Assembly (NCBI GenBank): GCA_043228905.1
Contig: JBHGNT010000008.1
Location: 18,166,001 to 18,230,000, forward strand
Direction: 5' to 3'
Source: Azolla caroliniana
Lineage: Eukaryota; Plantae; Polypodiophyta
Length of the DNA: 64,000 bases
Position numbers and translations under genes: made by a program. The notes under the pieces were generated by a model, which had not been told where the DNA came from, ran no database searches, and saw only the letters and a program-made list of their open reading frames with translations. Shown in pieces: positions 1 through 13,300 of the stretch. Each line of letters starts with the position of its first letter. Positions within the stretch are counted from its first letter, which is position 1.

Positions 1-769
1 GTTCTCTCTCTATTTGGGACATTTTCCCTTGGTCACTTAAAAAGATATAACTACCATTACCTAATGTTGTTAAGTCCCATTGTATAACATAGTTGATCTT
101 CCGTACAATGATCTTTTGCTTGGTTTTGGAGTACAACTCGGGTCCAAATAGTGGGCACATTGAAGTACTAACACAAAGTAGTTCATTGAAAAGATAGTTG
201 AAATACTAGACAACAAATCTAGATCCCGCTTGGATCCTCGTCAACCAACATGATTCTAGGAGGTCAGGTAGTTAGATTCCTTTTTCTATCTTGAATATTT
301 TCCCTTGACCATTTAAAACATGTGTAGATTTACATGTCCATGCTTGTGATTTGCTCGTCGTGGAACTTGATTAAGAAACAAAGTGGAAACAAGCACACGT
401 TTTACCACTGTTGAAGGATTAATATATTGCACTTTATTGATTTAATAAAGGAAACACTTAATATTCCAGGTTTTCTTGATGAAAGTCTTGTCCATCTCGA
501 AAACAAGAGTTTGAATATGATCATTTGTCATACAAGTGCTAGAAATACTTACATTTTATTATGACTTCCACAAATATTTGAATGTTGTATTGCCAATACA
601 TAAAGGGTTATGTGCATCTCCTAGTATACCATTTGGTGAAGAAGCACTAGATTTTCCATATGGCATTGAACTTCACCCTAGAGATATAATTTGTAAACAA
701 GGGTAGTTATGAAGCACCTCAATCAGCTCTATGCTTCCAATATTCGTTTTATCTTGAGGGTAGTTAGAA

Positions 770-1125
770 ACCATGGTTTAAACCGTTTAACAATTTATTA
801 TATTTTTTAATTTTTAAAATTTGTAATTTTTTTTAAAAGAATCTTTTCATTTTCAAGCCTTATTCTCACATTTTAGGAAAATCTTTAAAATTTTGAAAAA
901 TTAAAATTTAAAATAATGAAATATTTTAAAATTAGAAATTAGAAATTAGAAATTTGAATTTTGACCTAAGTTGAAAACCAAAACCGAACCACAAATCCGC
1001 AGTTTTAATGGTTTAATGGTTTAATGATTTGAATTTTTTAAAGCGGTTTCATGGTTTGGTTCAAGTTTCAAATCAGTTCAGTTTTGACACTTGGAAACCG
1101 AACTAAACCGAACCGTTGCCAATTG
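770..1125. mobile_element. Degenerate AT-rich MITE remnant with AAACCG/CGGTTT/GGTTCA subterminal motifs (hAT-like)
   Basis: Clustered aaaccg/ggttca/ggttt motifs around an AT-rich core, the same motif style as the TSD-flanked MITE at 29817-30154. No TSD identified; boundaries approximate. Confidence 0.45.
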
Positions 1126-1699
1126 TTACCCATAAAGGAGAAACCTTTCTTGTGAGCTTCTTGGCACAAATTATATTTTATAGCTATGACAATGTGCATC
1201 AAGAAATTCAAACTCTATTGATATCTCACCAATTACCATAGATTGATACCATTTTATACAACAATATATTCACTTATTTACCTACATTTTAAATGATACT
1301 AACCACATGAAATTTTGTTGTGTGGGGACTCTTTACCTCTAATCTACTCTGATTCTCACTATTAGTTATGTTTACTCTAATGACTTTTGAGATATTATGG
1401 GCTTAGTGAATCACATGTGTAAATGCATGCATGCCTCATGACCTATAAGATTAGTAAGAGACAATGGTGATAAAATTTGTGGGAGTACTTAGATAATTGC
1501 TTGAAAATAAACTTAGATAAAATGGACAACAAATCATTAGCCTATATGTCCATGGAGGACAAGTTATAGACGAAAGGATGCATAGGAAATTACCACGAGC
1601 ACCTTGAGAGATGGAGAGGGAGATAAGTAGACAGATAGATTTTATAATATATCATCTTCAGAGGTAAAATATAACCTGCGAGATGGATACATAGATAGA

Positions 1700-2675
1700 T
1701 GGATAAGATTTTCACAAAATACAAGTAAAAGTGACAATAGACTCTCAATGCTCAAGAACTTTGCTAATGAATATGTCACAATTGAAAGTGGACACATGAC
1801 TGTGAGAGAACTTCATGCAAGGATTTGGTTTCAGTGTGGAAAGCATATTTGAATGTAATCAAGGGTAGAGCATTTCATCAAATGTGATACTCTGACTATT
1901 GAATTTATTTAGGACAAAGTGTATAATGTAAGCAACTACTCTCATCAAATGTGCCTGAATGCCCTGTCTCACGTCACAGTAAGTGTGAACTAAGTCATAT
2001 GGAAGCAATGGTTTAGATGGAAAACAATGAGATGGGGTACAAGCATACATTGGTGTGTGCAATTTCCTTATTTAGAGAAGAATATGGTTTTGTAGTTATG
2101 TGCAACATATGTACTATAACGCATAAAACATCAACCTCCATATTTTTCCCATGTCATGAGGGAGAGAGCCTTTCCTAACCATGGATCCTTGCAATCCTAG
2201 ACATTCCAAATCTCTTACAATACATGATATGAGACTAGAGTTCTTCCAATTAATATGTAATCCAAAAGCCAATACAAATTGGTTCAATTCTTACATAAGG
2301 ACCGTAGAAACATGAAAGAGTCATTAGCCAAAGTTTGTGCTACTAGTTGCCCCCAAATGGAAGGTGTAGACCCACAACATCACCATTCGTTGCAAGCCTT
2401 CATAACATCACTTACAAGGGATGGGTAACAATAGCAAACTAGAATGGGCTAAGTGGGCATTCATGACGAATAGATCTCATGAATGAATGTTATGACACTT
2501 GGAGTACATCCATTGGGAATGGATGTTACAAATGGTCAATTAATTGAAATGATTTCTAGTAAATTAAGGGAATAAGATCATGTATTGGAAGTCACAATCT
2601 TGGCCATTTCACGTGCGCTGAAAGGTTGTACAATGTATCATGGAACCCATGATATTACATTACTTACCATTGTTT
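1700..2675. pseudogene. Degenerate, internally rearranged L1-type LINE ORF2 fragments (RT and zf-RVT region)
   Basis: The minus strand at about 2200-2480 reads RSIR.(G)CPLSP and matches 40790-41040. The plus strand at about 2495-2675 matches 41065-41245 (YWKSQSWPF). Many stops and frameshifts. Confidence 0.6.
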
Positions 2676-2789
2676 CTAACAAGTTCAGGTTTGGTTCAGT
2701 TCAAGTTCAGGTTTTTGTAAATAGTTTAGTTCAGTTTGGGGGTTTACCGGTTCAGTTCGAACCTTTATCGGTTTAAACGGTTTGAAACC

Positions 2790-4500
2790 GCCTTCTCACA
2801 ATGAAACCTATGCATACATTTGAGGTTAATACATGAAGCCCTATGATCGGATTCCGGTGTCCATTCACTAAATGAGAATTTATGTATGTGATCCAAAATA
2901 CCTTCAGAAAGTAGCACATAGTCAATCACACTATTTCCGTTGTGTTTTCTACATGTAAAACCATTAGTGTTGGGCCATAAGGAAACACCGTTTGCAATAA
3001 GCAATTTGGTACTATTGCACATTTGTAGGAGTAACTTCCTAAATTGGTCTGGATCTTTTTCATTGCTAGAAGAGCGGCTATACATTTGCATATCCTCTTG
3101 CATCCTCGAGATATGTGGCATGAAAGATTCTTGCGCATCAAGTTGGAAACTTCTTGTCAAACATTTATGTCACCAAAGACAATAACTTCCCCTTTGGATT
3201 TGAAATAAGCAATATCATCTTCTAGATTGGCAAAAGGTTGATCTTTACCCAAACATGCATAAAAGTTAGAATCTTGATGAGGAATGTAACATCCAACTAC
3301 AAAAGTGGGCAAATCATTAGGTGTTTCTATTTTGAGCCATACGTAACATTTATGTTCATAATTTTTTATGATCGACACATATTTATCTATTTCCTTCTTA
3401 ATCAAATATGCCACCCCTCCGTGTCCTCGTCTTTGTCTTGGATTTTTCTCCCATGTCAAAGAGTGCACATTATAGTTTCTTAAACCTTGAATCCTTTCAG
3501 TATGGTGCTTCCATGTTTCAACAAGGAGTGTGATATCTGAGTCATCGGCGAACTCCTCTATTCCAAATCCTGAATTCCATGGGTATCCATTGCAATTCCA
3601 AAAGCATAGTCATAGAAGACGTGGTTTAGTCTCATAGGTCACGTGTCCCTATTTGCCTACATTTCCGTCTTTAGGCACATCCTTAAACTTATATTTCAAT
3701 TTTTCTTCATATCCTTTGCGACATGCATTTTGTTGTGAGATAGTATGATCTTCACTCACAAAGCATTGCGTACCTTTGAGGTATACCCAACTATTTTCGA
3801 GCATGATCCTCCGTTTTGTATCATTTGTCATTGTGCATACAATAGGGCTTTCTTCGGAGCGAGTAACACCATGTTTCTGAACTCAGTGTGCCCCATATAC
3901 ATTCATATCCGACGTACCATAATACATGCTAAAAAATTCACCAATGGCCTTTTCGAGGGATGCAAGTGTTTCCACACTCTCCTCTTTAATCCCCTGGATG
4001 ACAATGTTCTTTGATTGTCGTTCACATGCTTTCAATTCTTGGACATCTATGCTTTTTATATTCTTTTCTTGATTCATCACATGCATAATAGATGAGTTTG
4101 ATACCACATCCCCACTACATACATTGGCCCATGACTTTGTTGTGTATACATATTTCATGTCACTTACATCCTGGCTCATCGTGTCCAATTTTTCTTCTTT
4201 TAATGCATCCTTTAACTCAATCTTGTTAAGGCGCTCATTTATTTCAAAAGAAGCTTTCTTACATTCTTGAATCTCATCTTCAAGTTTCACAACCATTTTC
4301 TTAAGACTTTCATTCTCAATGACAACAATTTGGTGCTTAGCATTCTCCTTCATTAGTGTCATAATCTCTTTACCTTGCTTGTTTGTGATTTCTTGGAGAG
4401 AAATCAAGTGACTCATAAGCATTTTTTCCATTGTTGTTGAGTTTATTGCATTGACATCAAGAATCGTTGGTGATCTTGGCTCATCATCAATCATCAAGAA
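2790..4500 (-). mobile_element. Non-LTR retrotransposon 5' half: coiled-coil ORF1 plus APE endonuclease of ORF2 (RTEX/L2/CR1-like), decayed, RT missing
   Basis: ORF 3883-4497 is coiled-coil with ERQSKNIVIQGIKE, an ORF1-type motif. APE motifs are present: FWNCNG, LLVETW, GHGGVAYLIK, GCYIP, VFGD.N, NSVIDYVLLS, SDH. Truncated by an AAACCG-type MITE fragment at about 2680-2790. Confidence 0.8.
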
Positions 4501-5103
4501 TGGGTTTTTATTGATGACGATAAAGACAAGCCCGCACCATCATATAAGATCGTGTTTGACTACCTTACGGATGTGGTTTAATTGGACCATGAGAAATGGG
4601 TTCTTGTTTGATGGACTTCATGGGGTAACACAACTACTTTGTCGACTGAATGGGAAATTGATTTGGCGATTTTCACAATATGTTGTATGGGGATGTTGTC
4701 TAAAGAGGAGATAGAGGTATGTCATCTTGTTTTGCAACACTTGCGAGGGTTTCCCTTGCACTATCACTATTCATGAAGTAGTGAAGATAGCAAGGGTTGT
4801 ATTATCAACTTGTTTTAATAACAAACATTGATTTACGAAAAAGAAAGAGAGAGATGTGCACACATTTGTGGAAACATTGAAACCTTCATCAAAATATCTA
4901 GTGAAAAAGTTTTAATGTGACAAAAGATAGTACACAAAACCCACCATCCTCCATGCACTTGTACAATCATGAGTCATGGGCCCTGTCCGATGAACTTGGT
5001 TGCCTCCATGTTGAGTATTTTATATCTGTATAAATGAAAGATGAAGACAACCTTATCTTCATTATTGTGAGGCTATGATATAGATAGTTTTCTCGATGGA
5101 GAC

Positions 5104-5285
5104 TGTCATGTATATACAATGTGATGGTGCAACGATGAGGGTGCAAGTTGGTGAAAATGATGTGCATGTCATGTATAAACAATGTGATGGTGTAGGGATG
5201 AGGGTGCAAGTTGGTGACAATGATGGGATTCGGTGCAACTATCCAAGCATAAACAATGTGGAGGGCACAAGTTGGTGAAAATGAT
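5104..5285. repeat. About 63-bp imperfect tandem repeat (about 2.5 copies)
   Basis: tgtcatgtat..acaatgtgatggtg..gatgagggtgcaagttggtga recurs at 5104 and 5167, with a partial copy at about 5250. Confidence 0.7.
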
Positions 5286-6537
5286 ACATATATATTCTTT
5301 CCACATATTCAATATAGCCGAATAATAATAATAACAATGGATGAGAAACGTCGAGTTGCTTCCTCAATATAGACATACAAAATACATGTCACTTATCGAT
5401 ATGGACAATGAGCACACACTCTCATGAGTAACTTAACTAGAAAATGGAACGAATTAGACAAGCAAGAGCTCCATGTGACGATGCATTTCCCGGAATATCT
5501 GGCGACGAATTCATGAAAAGAAATCATTGCAAATACAGAGAACACACACACACACATACACAAAGAAAAGATTAAAGTAATTTGAAGATGACAATGAACC
5601 TTATCCATGACAAAACAATGAGGATAGAAAACCACAGTTTTAAAAAAAAGGTAGAAAGCATCAGACTTTTCCAGAGAAAACGCATGGTTTTATCAATAAC
5701 GAACCCATGGTTTTATTTTTTTCAAAGAACAATCGATTGTTTGTTGAGATAGAAACAAACCACGGTTTTGAAACGGGAGAGAAAACCATGGTTTTACCAA
5801 ACATTGGTTCACATGATGATAAAAACCGTTGTATTATGGATTAAGATAAAACCATGGTTTTTTATCGATAAAAATAAACTGTGGGGCCTTCTAGCATGAT
5901 GAAAAGAAGAACTTATAAATAGACGCCCAAAAACCTGCAAACCCTAAACTGTCATTGCCCTAATTTCTTTGAGCCTAGAACTAATTCATCACAAGCCTAG
6001 TCTTCCAATTTACCCTATCTCTGATTCGATAGCCTCTGGCAATTTCTTCTCACGTTTTTCTTTTTCGGGTTTTCGTTTCTAGCCCAGCAGTTCCAAACCC
6101 TAAACCGTAAGCTCTAAATTACAGATCTAGAAAATTTTAAACACAGCACAAACGGAAGAGGAATGGATCGATTGAGTGCAGTGATTCCCATGGTGATGAG
6201 GGCAGCTTCTCAGAGGAAGGAATATGGTCTGCAGAACCCGAGTAATTACGTGATTAATCACTCTCGGATTCTGCTGAATCGGCCCGAGATGGGGTCTGAG
6301 GGGAACCAGGTAGCGGATCGGAAGAGGAACAACAACAAAAACACAGAGAATTTCCCTGCTAAACCCACACGGAGAAATATGATGGCGGAGGAGGCGGACG
6401 ACGAAGACGCAATGGTCCGGCAAACCCTAATCCGCCAAGTCTTCGTGCCGCTCTACTAGAAGGAGATCCAATCCTACAGCGCCACGTGGCCGAGGTCAGG
6501 GGCTATGTCCACAGGTGCCATGCCACGTGGCAAGCTG

Positions 6538-6659
6538 ATGATTAGGGTTACAAGGGTCTTAAAATCTAATGATTGGGGTTACAAGGGTCTTAAAATCTAA
6601 TGATTAGGGTTACAAGGGTCTTAAAATCTAATGATTAGGGTTATAAGGCCTTAAAATCT
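6538..6659. repeat. 31-bp tandem repeat x4 containing TTAGGGTTA
   Basis: Unit atgattagggttacaagggtcttaaaatcta, four near-identical copies. Confidence 0.9.
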
Positions 6660-9048
6660 CGGGCGTGTGTTCCGTACTCTTGAATGGGACACTTACCCCT
6701 GAGTCCGGATTGTTCTTTGCCATGTCATGTAGCACACGCGCGACACACACATTCAAGCCATATAATGCAATACCAATGAGGCTATGGTAACCTTGGTTAA
6801 AGGCCTTCTATAACTCAGCTTTATAACTCGCTAGCCCGACATGTTAGCCGGTGCCATTCGTGTCATCACCTTAATTGTTCCCCAATTGCATCCCTCCTAA
6901 GGCATTAATAGTGTGTGCCACCATTACCCCTCTTTTGACCCCACTCTAACATTCAATTGATTTGCCTCTTGGTTGATTGGTGAATGAAGCAATGGATTAT
7001 GAATTGCATTTGGAAGTTTGTTGAGGGGTTTTCTCCTTGCTCGTTTTATAAGCCAAGCAAGCATATTTAATTGCATTTAACATCCAAACTCCCTTGGGCC
7101 AATTGGCAACACTATTAAACTTTAGAGGAAACGTTCAATATTGCAATCTTAGCAAAATTACATTTTCGTTGAGAGGTTAAATCCATATGCCATATCTACC
7201 AAGCACGGTTTTGGGGGGCGGGGGATGATGATTAATAAATATTTTTGTTGAGAGGTTACCCATATGCCATATCCGTCAAACAAGGTTAGGGGGATCACGA
7301 TGTGGATAAGACGATTGTCCTTGAAAGACCTAATGTGACATATTGAACCCGAACAAAGTGTTATAGAGTCTAGAGTCTATACATTTGATATAGATGTCTG
7401 TCTAGTTTCTCTTTGGGCATCCACAATGTTCTATAATGGCATCTAATAAATTAGTTAATGACATGAGTGTGCTCTCTTTGTTCCATAATGGCATCTAGTA
7501 AATCAGGTAATGAGAAATTTTGAGTTGTGCATGATATGGTATCTTTTGCCATGATTTGAACTTTGAAATGATATGGTTTCTTTTAAGGCTGGGAATGATG
7601 TGACGGAAGCCAACAATTTTGTGTTCCTTCCCTATTTGAAAAATGTGTTAGTCATTAGAGGAATGGCTAAGTGGTTATGAGGTTATGAGACACATTTTTG
7701 AATGAGGTGATAAGATTCTATTTCTTAAGCCATTAAAAGATGTGATGCATGCTTTTGTGTTTATGAGTTCCTCTTAGAGAGTCTATGTGGTGGGTATTTT
7801 TTTCACTCTATCAATCACATATTCAATTACTCTTTCCAAGTCCATGGTATCGACCATATAGATATTAGTTGCCATAGGATATCCAACTTAATCAATCCCT
7901 CTTCCAAGGATCGGAACCGGCCACAACCGGTTGCACGTATGCTTATTCGAGTGCAAAGGAAACGAGTTGGATAATACGCAGACAGAAAACAAGGGACAAA
8001 AACGAAAACAAGAGACACAAGACATTTTCACGTGGAAAACCCGAATTGGGAAAAACTACGGGGGTCCACAAACCTCGAGAAACAGAATCGATATGATAGA
8101 GGAGAAGTACAATAAGAAACTCAGAGGCGATGACCTCAAGTTCTTCTTCTTCGGACTGACGGCTATAAAGTTACTAACTTTTACACTCTCACTTTCTCTC
8201 TCTCTTACAGAGTTACAGAGGCAACTACCTCCTCTAACTATGCAACAACTAATGATGATCAACTACACATCAAATAAAGTTTGTCCTAGTTGTTTATATA
8301 CAACAACTTTCTGGCAATTTACAAGTATAGCCCACAAGGGGCACATTTGGACTATTAAATATAATCATTTGAATCGGTCATAAATCAATTCTCGATTTTG
8401 GAAAATTGATTTTTAGCCTCGGCCGAGCTCATCCATCGATTCATCTCTTCTCTTCCCATCCGAAGGGACCTGTTTCCTAACAAACTTCCGCTTCAATCCG
8501 GCATGGGGTACTTCATCAATCTGACTCTTTGTCGGCACACATTTAACTTCTCGGTTGACAACACCTTTGTCAACACATCCAATCCGTTGTCGTTCGTGTG
8601 GATCTTTACTAGAGAAAACTCCCTCTCTTCTACCCTCTCCCGGAGTCAATGCTACCTCCGTTGGATGTGCTTTGTCCTCGAGTGGTAGGCAACATTTTTA
8701 AGGTGGATGTCACTTTGATTATCATAGTGGAATCCTTCATCCAAATGATTTCCTTGTCGGCTTCCGCTACGGCCATATACTCGGCCTCCGTGGTTGACAG
8801 CACCACGACCTTCTGTAGCCTCGACTGTCACGAGACAACTTCCCCTGCATAGGTCATTACGTACCCAGATGTGGATCAGTTGGTATCCACATCAACCAAC
8901 ATGTCTGAATCAATATAACCTTCTAGTGTGGGGTTACTCGAGCCGAATCAAAGACACATGCACGGGGTGCCTCTCAGGTATCGAAGTATCCACTTCACAG
9001 CAGCCCAATGCTCTCTGCCGGGATTGCTCATATATCGGCTGACCACTC

Positions 9049-9379
9049 TGTTATTTGGTGGGAGGTGAAGCCAAGAACAACTCCACCCTCCGCCCAAGGG
9101 GGTTACGTGAGAAATAGAGATAGAGAAAGAAGAAAAAATGAAATAACACAAAATATGAGAGGGAAAAATGTATATTGCATTACATACCCCATAAGGGGTT
9201 TATATAGTACATCAAAATGTAACGGTTACATAATATGACCGTTACAAATAAGAATGTTACACACACACATAAATGTGCATGTGTTCATACACATACTCAC
9301 ACATATACATTACACATACACAACAACCACTTTATAGTCTTCCACCCTTATGCCTCCCAATACACTCCTACAGGTAACA
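9049..9379. mobile_element. Solo LTR inserted in the RT of Copia A
   Basis: TGTTA...TAACA termini; 5-bp TSD cactc (9044-9048) / aactc (9380-9384). Removing it restores the RT reading AVGVVSRYM. Confidence 0.8.
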
Positions 9380-10330
9380 AACTCCGACTGCATATCCAAT
9401 GTTCGGCTTGGTACATACCATCACGTACATCATGGTTCTGATTGCTGAGACATAAGGGACTTTTGACATCTCGGTCTTCGCGGTTTTCGATTTCGGGCAT
9501 TGGTCCTTACTTACCTTGTAGTTCGTCGGCAGTGGCGAGCCGTTCAGTTTCGCGCTTTCAATGCTGAATCTCAAAAGCAACTTTGTCACACACTTTTTTT
9601 TTCCCATAAAAAATATCCTCCATTGGTATTAAAATTAAAGGAAAAACTATATACATATATTGTGTTGCATCTATTCAAAACTAATACAACCCCTCCTCGG
9701 CATATCCATAGTGTCTATAGCCTCTTTTAAGTGACAACCATAATAATTTCTTTGTTCGATCCCGAACAATGTGCATTCCTAGGCTTTGCGTTGCCGGACC
9801 CATATCTTTCATATGACCTACTCAAGGCCTTCTTCAAGCTTCCGATTTTCCTCAGGTTGAACTTCAATCAGCATCATTTACGTACATTAGGAGAATGAGG
9901 AAATATCCTCCGTCGAACTTCTTCACAAACACACAGTGATCGGCATGCGTTTTGTGGTACCCTTTGTCGGTCATGAAGGATTCGAATTTTTGGTACCATT
10001 GCTGAGGTGCTTGTTTCAACCCATACAAGCTCTTCTTTAATCGGCATACCAGGTTCTCTTTACCTTTCTCCAAGAATCCTTTCGGCTGGTGCATGTATAT
10101 CTCTTCCTCCAAACCTCCATGAAGGAAGGAAATCTTGACATCCAGTTGCTCGACTTCGACATCCATGCTAGCCGCTATACTCAGCATTGTTCGGATTGAC
10201 GTCATCTTCACTACCGGGGCAAATATTTTGTCGAAATCGACACCCTTCTTTTGTTGAAAGCCTTTCCCGACGATTCGTGCTTTATATCTGGGTGGATTCC
10301 CACCATCTCCCGGTTTCAATTTGTACCCAC

Positions 10331-13300
10331 TGTTGAGAACCGAACTCAACTTCCCTTAGAGATAGTGTTGACACTAACCAGTGGACATCTTACTATGCTA
10401 GTTTTGTAATTAGTAGAAAGGGCATTTGCCCTAGACTAGTTGGTATTTAAACCAACTCCTTGTAACTTAGTTATTGTTGGATGTAATTTACATTTTCACT
10501 AATATAGCTTCTTGTTCTAAGCTCTCTCTCTCTCTCTCTCTCTGTTTTGTCTCACACACATAGAGCACGCTTCCGTTACACAACACCACCTATGTCTCTC
10601 ATTCTTTACATGGTATCAGAGCGTGTGGTTTTCTGATCAACCTTATTCAATTGTGATGTGCTACACACTGACAAATAGCTTAACCGGTTTGAGTAACAAA
10701 GAAGAAATCGATATCATGAACACTTAGATGGCAATCACTCTTCCTACAGAAAAGCTCGATAGAACAATCTTCGCATCTTGGGAGTACAAGATGCATCAAT
10801 ACCTTGTCGGACAAGGTTACTGGAGCTATATCGACGGAGCTCACAAAACACAACCCAACCCAACACACATCGACTACCCAGCATGGGAGTAGGCCGCAAG
10901 CCGTGTGTTGTATTGCCTTACATCATGCGTTCATGATCACATGCTCGACTATATTCGAGAGTCGAAAACGCCGAAAGAAGCTTGGCCCAATCTCAAGAAG
11001 ATTTTCGCAGCCAACATGGTTGCATGAAAGCTCCAACTTCGACAAGAGTTAAACAACATACAACAGAGGGATATGTCGATCACCGGCTATACCTTGAAGA
11101 TCATGGAGCTATGTGATGCCCTAGGGTCAATTAATGTCATCATCGACAATGACGAAATGGTGCAAATATGCTTCGGCGTCTTAACACCATGATTCGGCAC
11201 AATTAGATCAACCATTCTCGCAAGGGAGAATCCACCTTCCTTTTTCGAACTTCACTCGATATTATTGGTGGAAGAAAATCATGCCCGACAAAGGGGCAAT
11301 GCACCCGATGGTCAGATGCTCTACTCCCAGTGGGATGATAGAAGAGAATTCAGCTGAGGAAATAGGGGTCTATTTGACCGAGGGCGACAGGGTCAGCTAA
11401 CCTGAGAACACGACACCCACCATTGGCAAGTAGATAGAAGCAATTCTAGGGAGTTCGACAGAAGGGGGAACCATCCTGCCGGACCGAGCCATCGCAACAA
11501 CCTGATCGAATGCAGGTACTGTGGAAAACTCGGCTACTACGAAGTGGAGTGCCGAAAGAAGCAACGAGAGTCGGCTTCGACCAGTCGACAACCCACAAAC
11601 TATGCCACGAATTCTGACTATAATTATCATGGTGGGATGTTCGTAATGAGGCATAAAACGCATTCAATGTTGGCAGAAGGTTTGACCATCACCTCTTCCC
11701 CAGAAGATGTATGGTTTGTAGACTCTGGTGCGTCCAATCACATGAAGTCTCACGAAGAGTTGAGAAAACCCAATCGACCCAGCTATGTCGAAATCGGAGA
11801 TGACACGACTCACTCAATTCGATATATTGGAAATGTCCCATTCGGGAATGACAACAAACAAACCTATCTCAAGAATGTGTTGAAGTCTCACGAAGAGTTG
11901 AGAAAGCCCAATCGACCTGGCTATGTCGAAACCGGAGATGACACGACTCACTCGATTCGATATATCGGAAATCGAACGAGGTGAAACCGACTTGAAACTG
12001 TGGCACAAGCGAATTGGTCACATCAATCTCCAAAAGCTTAAAGGAATGCAGTCGAAAAGAGTCGTAATCAGACTCCCGACATTTACTGAAAAGGAGATTG
12101 TAGGTGTATATGAAGCTTGTCAATTTGGCAAACAACACCAACAACCAATCCCGAAAGAGAGGAATATGAGCAAAGGGATCCTGGATATTGTACATTCAGA
12201 TGTGTGGGGACCAGCCCAGGCGGAAACATTCGGTGGTTGTTGATATTATGTCACGTTCATCAACGACTTCTTGAGGCATACCTGGATCTATCCTATGCGG
12301 CAAAAGAGCAAAGTGTTCAGACACTTCCAAAAGTCGGAAAAGCCACAAGTCGGCATGTCTGATGTCTTCAATCAGATGGAGGCAAGGAGTATTTCTCGGA
12401 TGAATTTACAACGTATCTCCGAAAGGAAGGAATTCGACTAGAATTCTCGTGTTGACACACATCTCAACAAAACAGAGTATTCAAACAAAAGAATTGGCAC
12501 ATAGTGGAGGTGGCAAGGGCCATGATGAACGAGAATAACATGCCGAAATCGTACCGGGCAAAAGCGGCTAACACAATTGTCTACCTCATGAACATGTGTA
12601 CAACCTCGGGGGTACCTGATGTAACCCCTCATGAGAAGTTTTTTGGAAAGAAGCCGAACCTATCACATATCTGAATATTTGGCTCAATTTCCTATGTACA
12701 TATTCCTGACGAGAAGTGACAAAAGCTTGATCTGAAGTCGAAGAAATGTATCCCAGCAGGATACTCACTCAAACAAAAGGGGTACAAATGTTAAAATCGT
12801 TCCACCCGAAAAATTCGAGTAAGTTGGGACGTCGTTTTCAACGAGTTGGCATCCTGGTACGAACCAAAGATGACTCCGATTCCAACCTTAGTCAACCCAG
12901 TATCGACCGAACGAGAGATAGAAGAAGAAGACACTCATGCACACGTTCAAATGTTACAAATGTTACAATCATTCCACCTGAAAAATTCGAGTAAGTCGGA
13001 GAAATGTATCCCAACAGGATACTCACTCAAACAAAAGGGGTACAAATGTTACAATCGTTCCACCCGAAAAATTCGAGTAAGTCGGAGAAATGTATCCCCG
13101 CAGGATACTCACTCAAACAAAAGGGGTACAAATGTTACAATCGTTCCACCCGAAAAATTCGAGTAAGTCGGGATGTCGTTTTCAACGAGTTGGCATCCTG
13201 GTACGAACCAAAGATGACTCCGATTTCAACCCCAGTCAACCCAGAATCGGCCGAACGAGAGATAGAAGAAGAAGACACTCATGCACACGTTTGAAGAAAG

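Noticed and set aside
6538-6659. 31-bp repeat as a CRISPR array or a true telomere
   Set aside because: The units are head-to-tail with no unique spacers, there are no cas genes, and the context is eukaryotic. TTAGGG occurs once per unit, not as a telomeric run.
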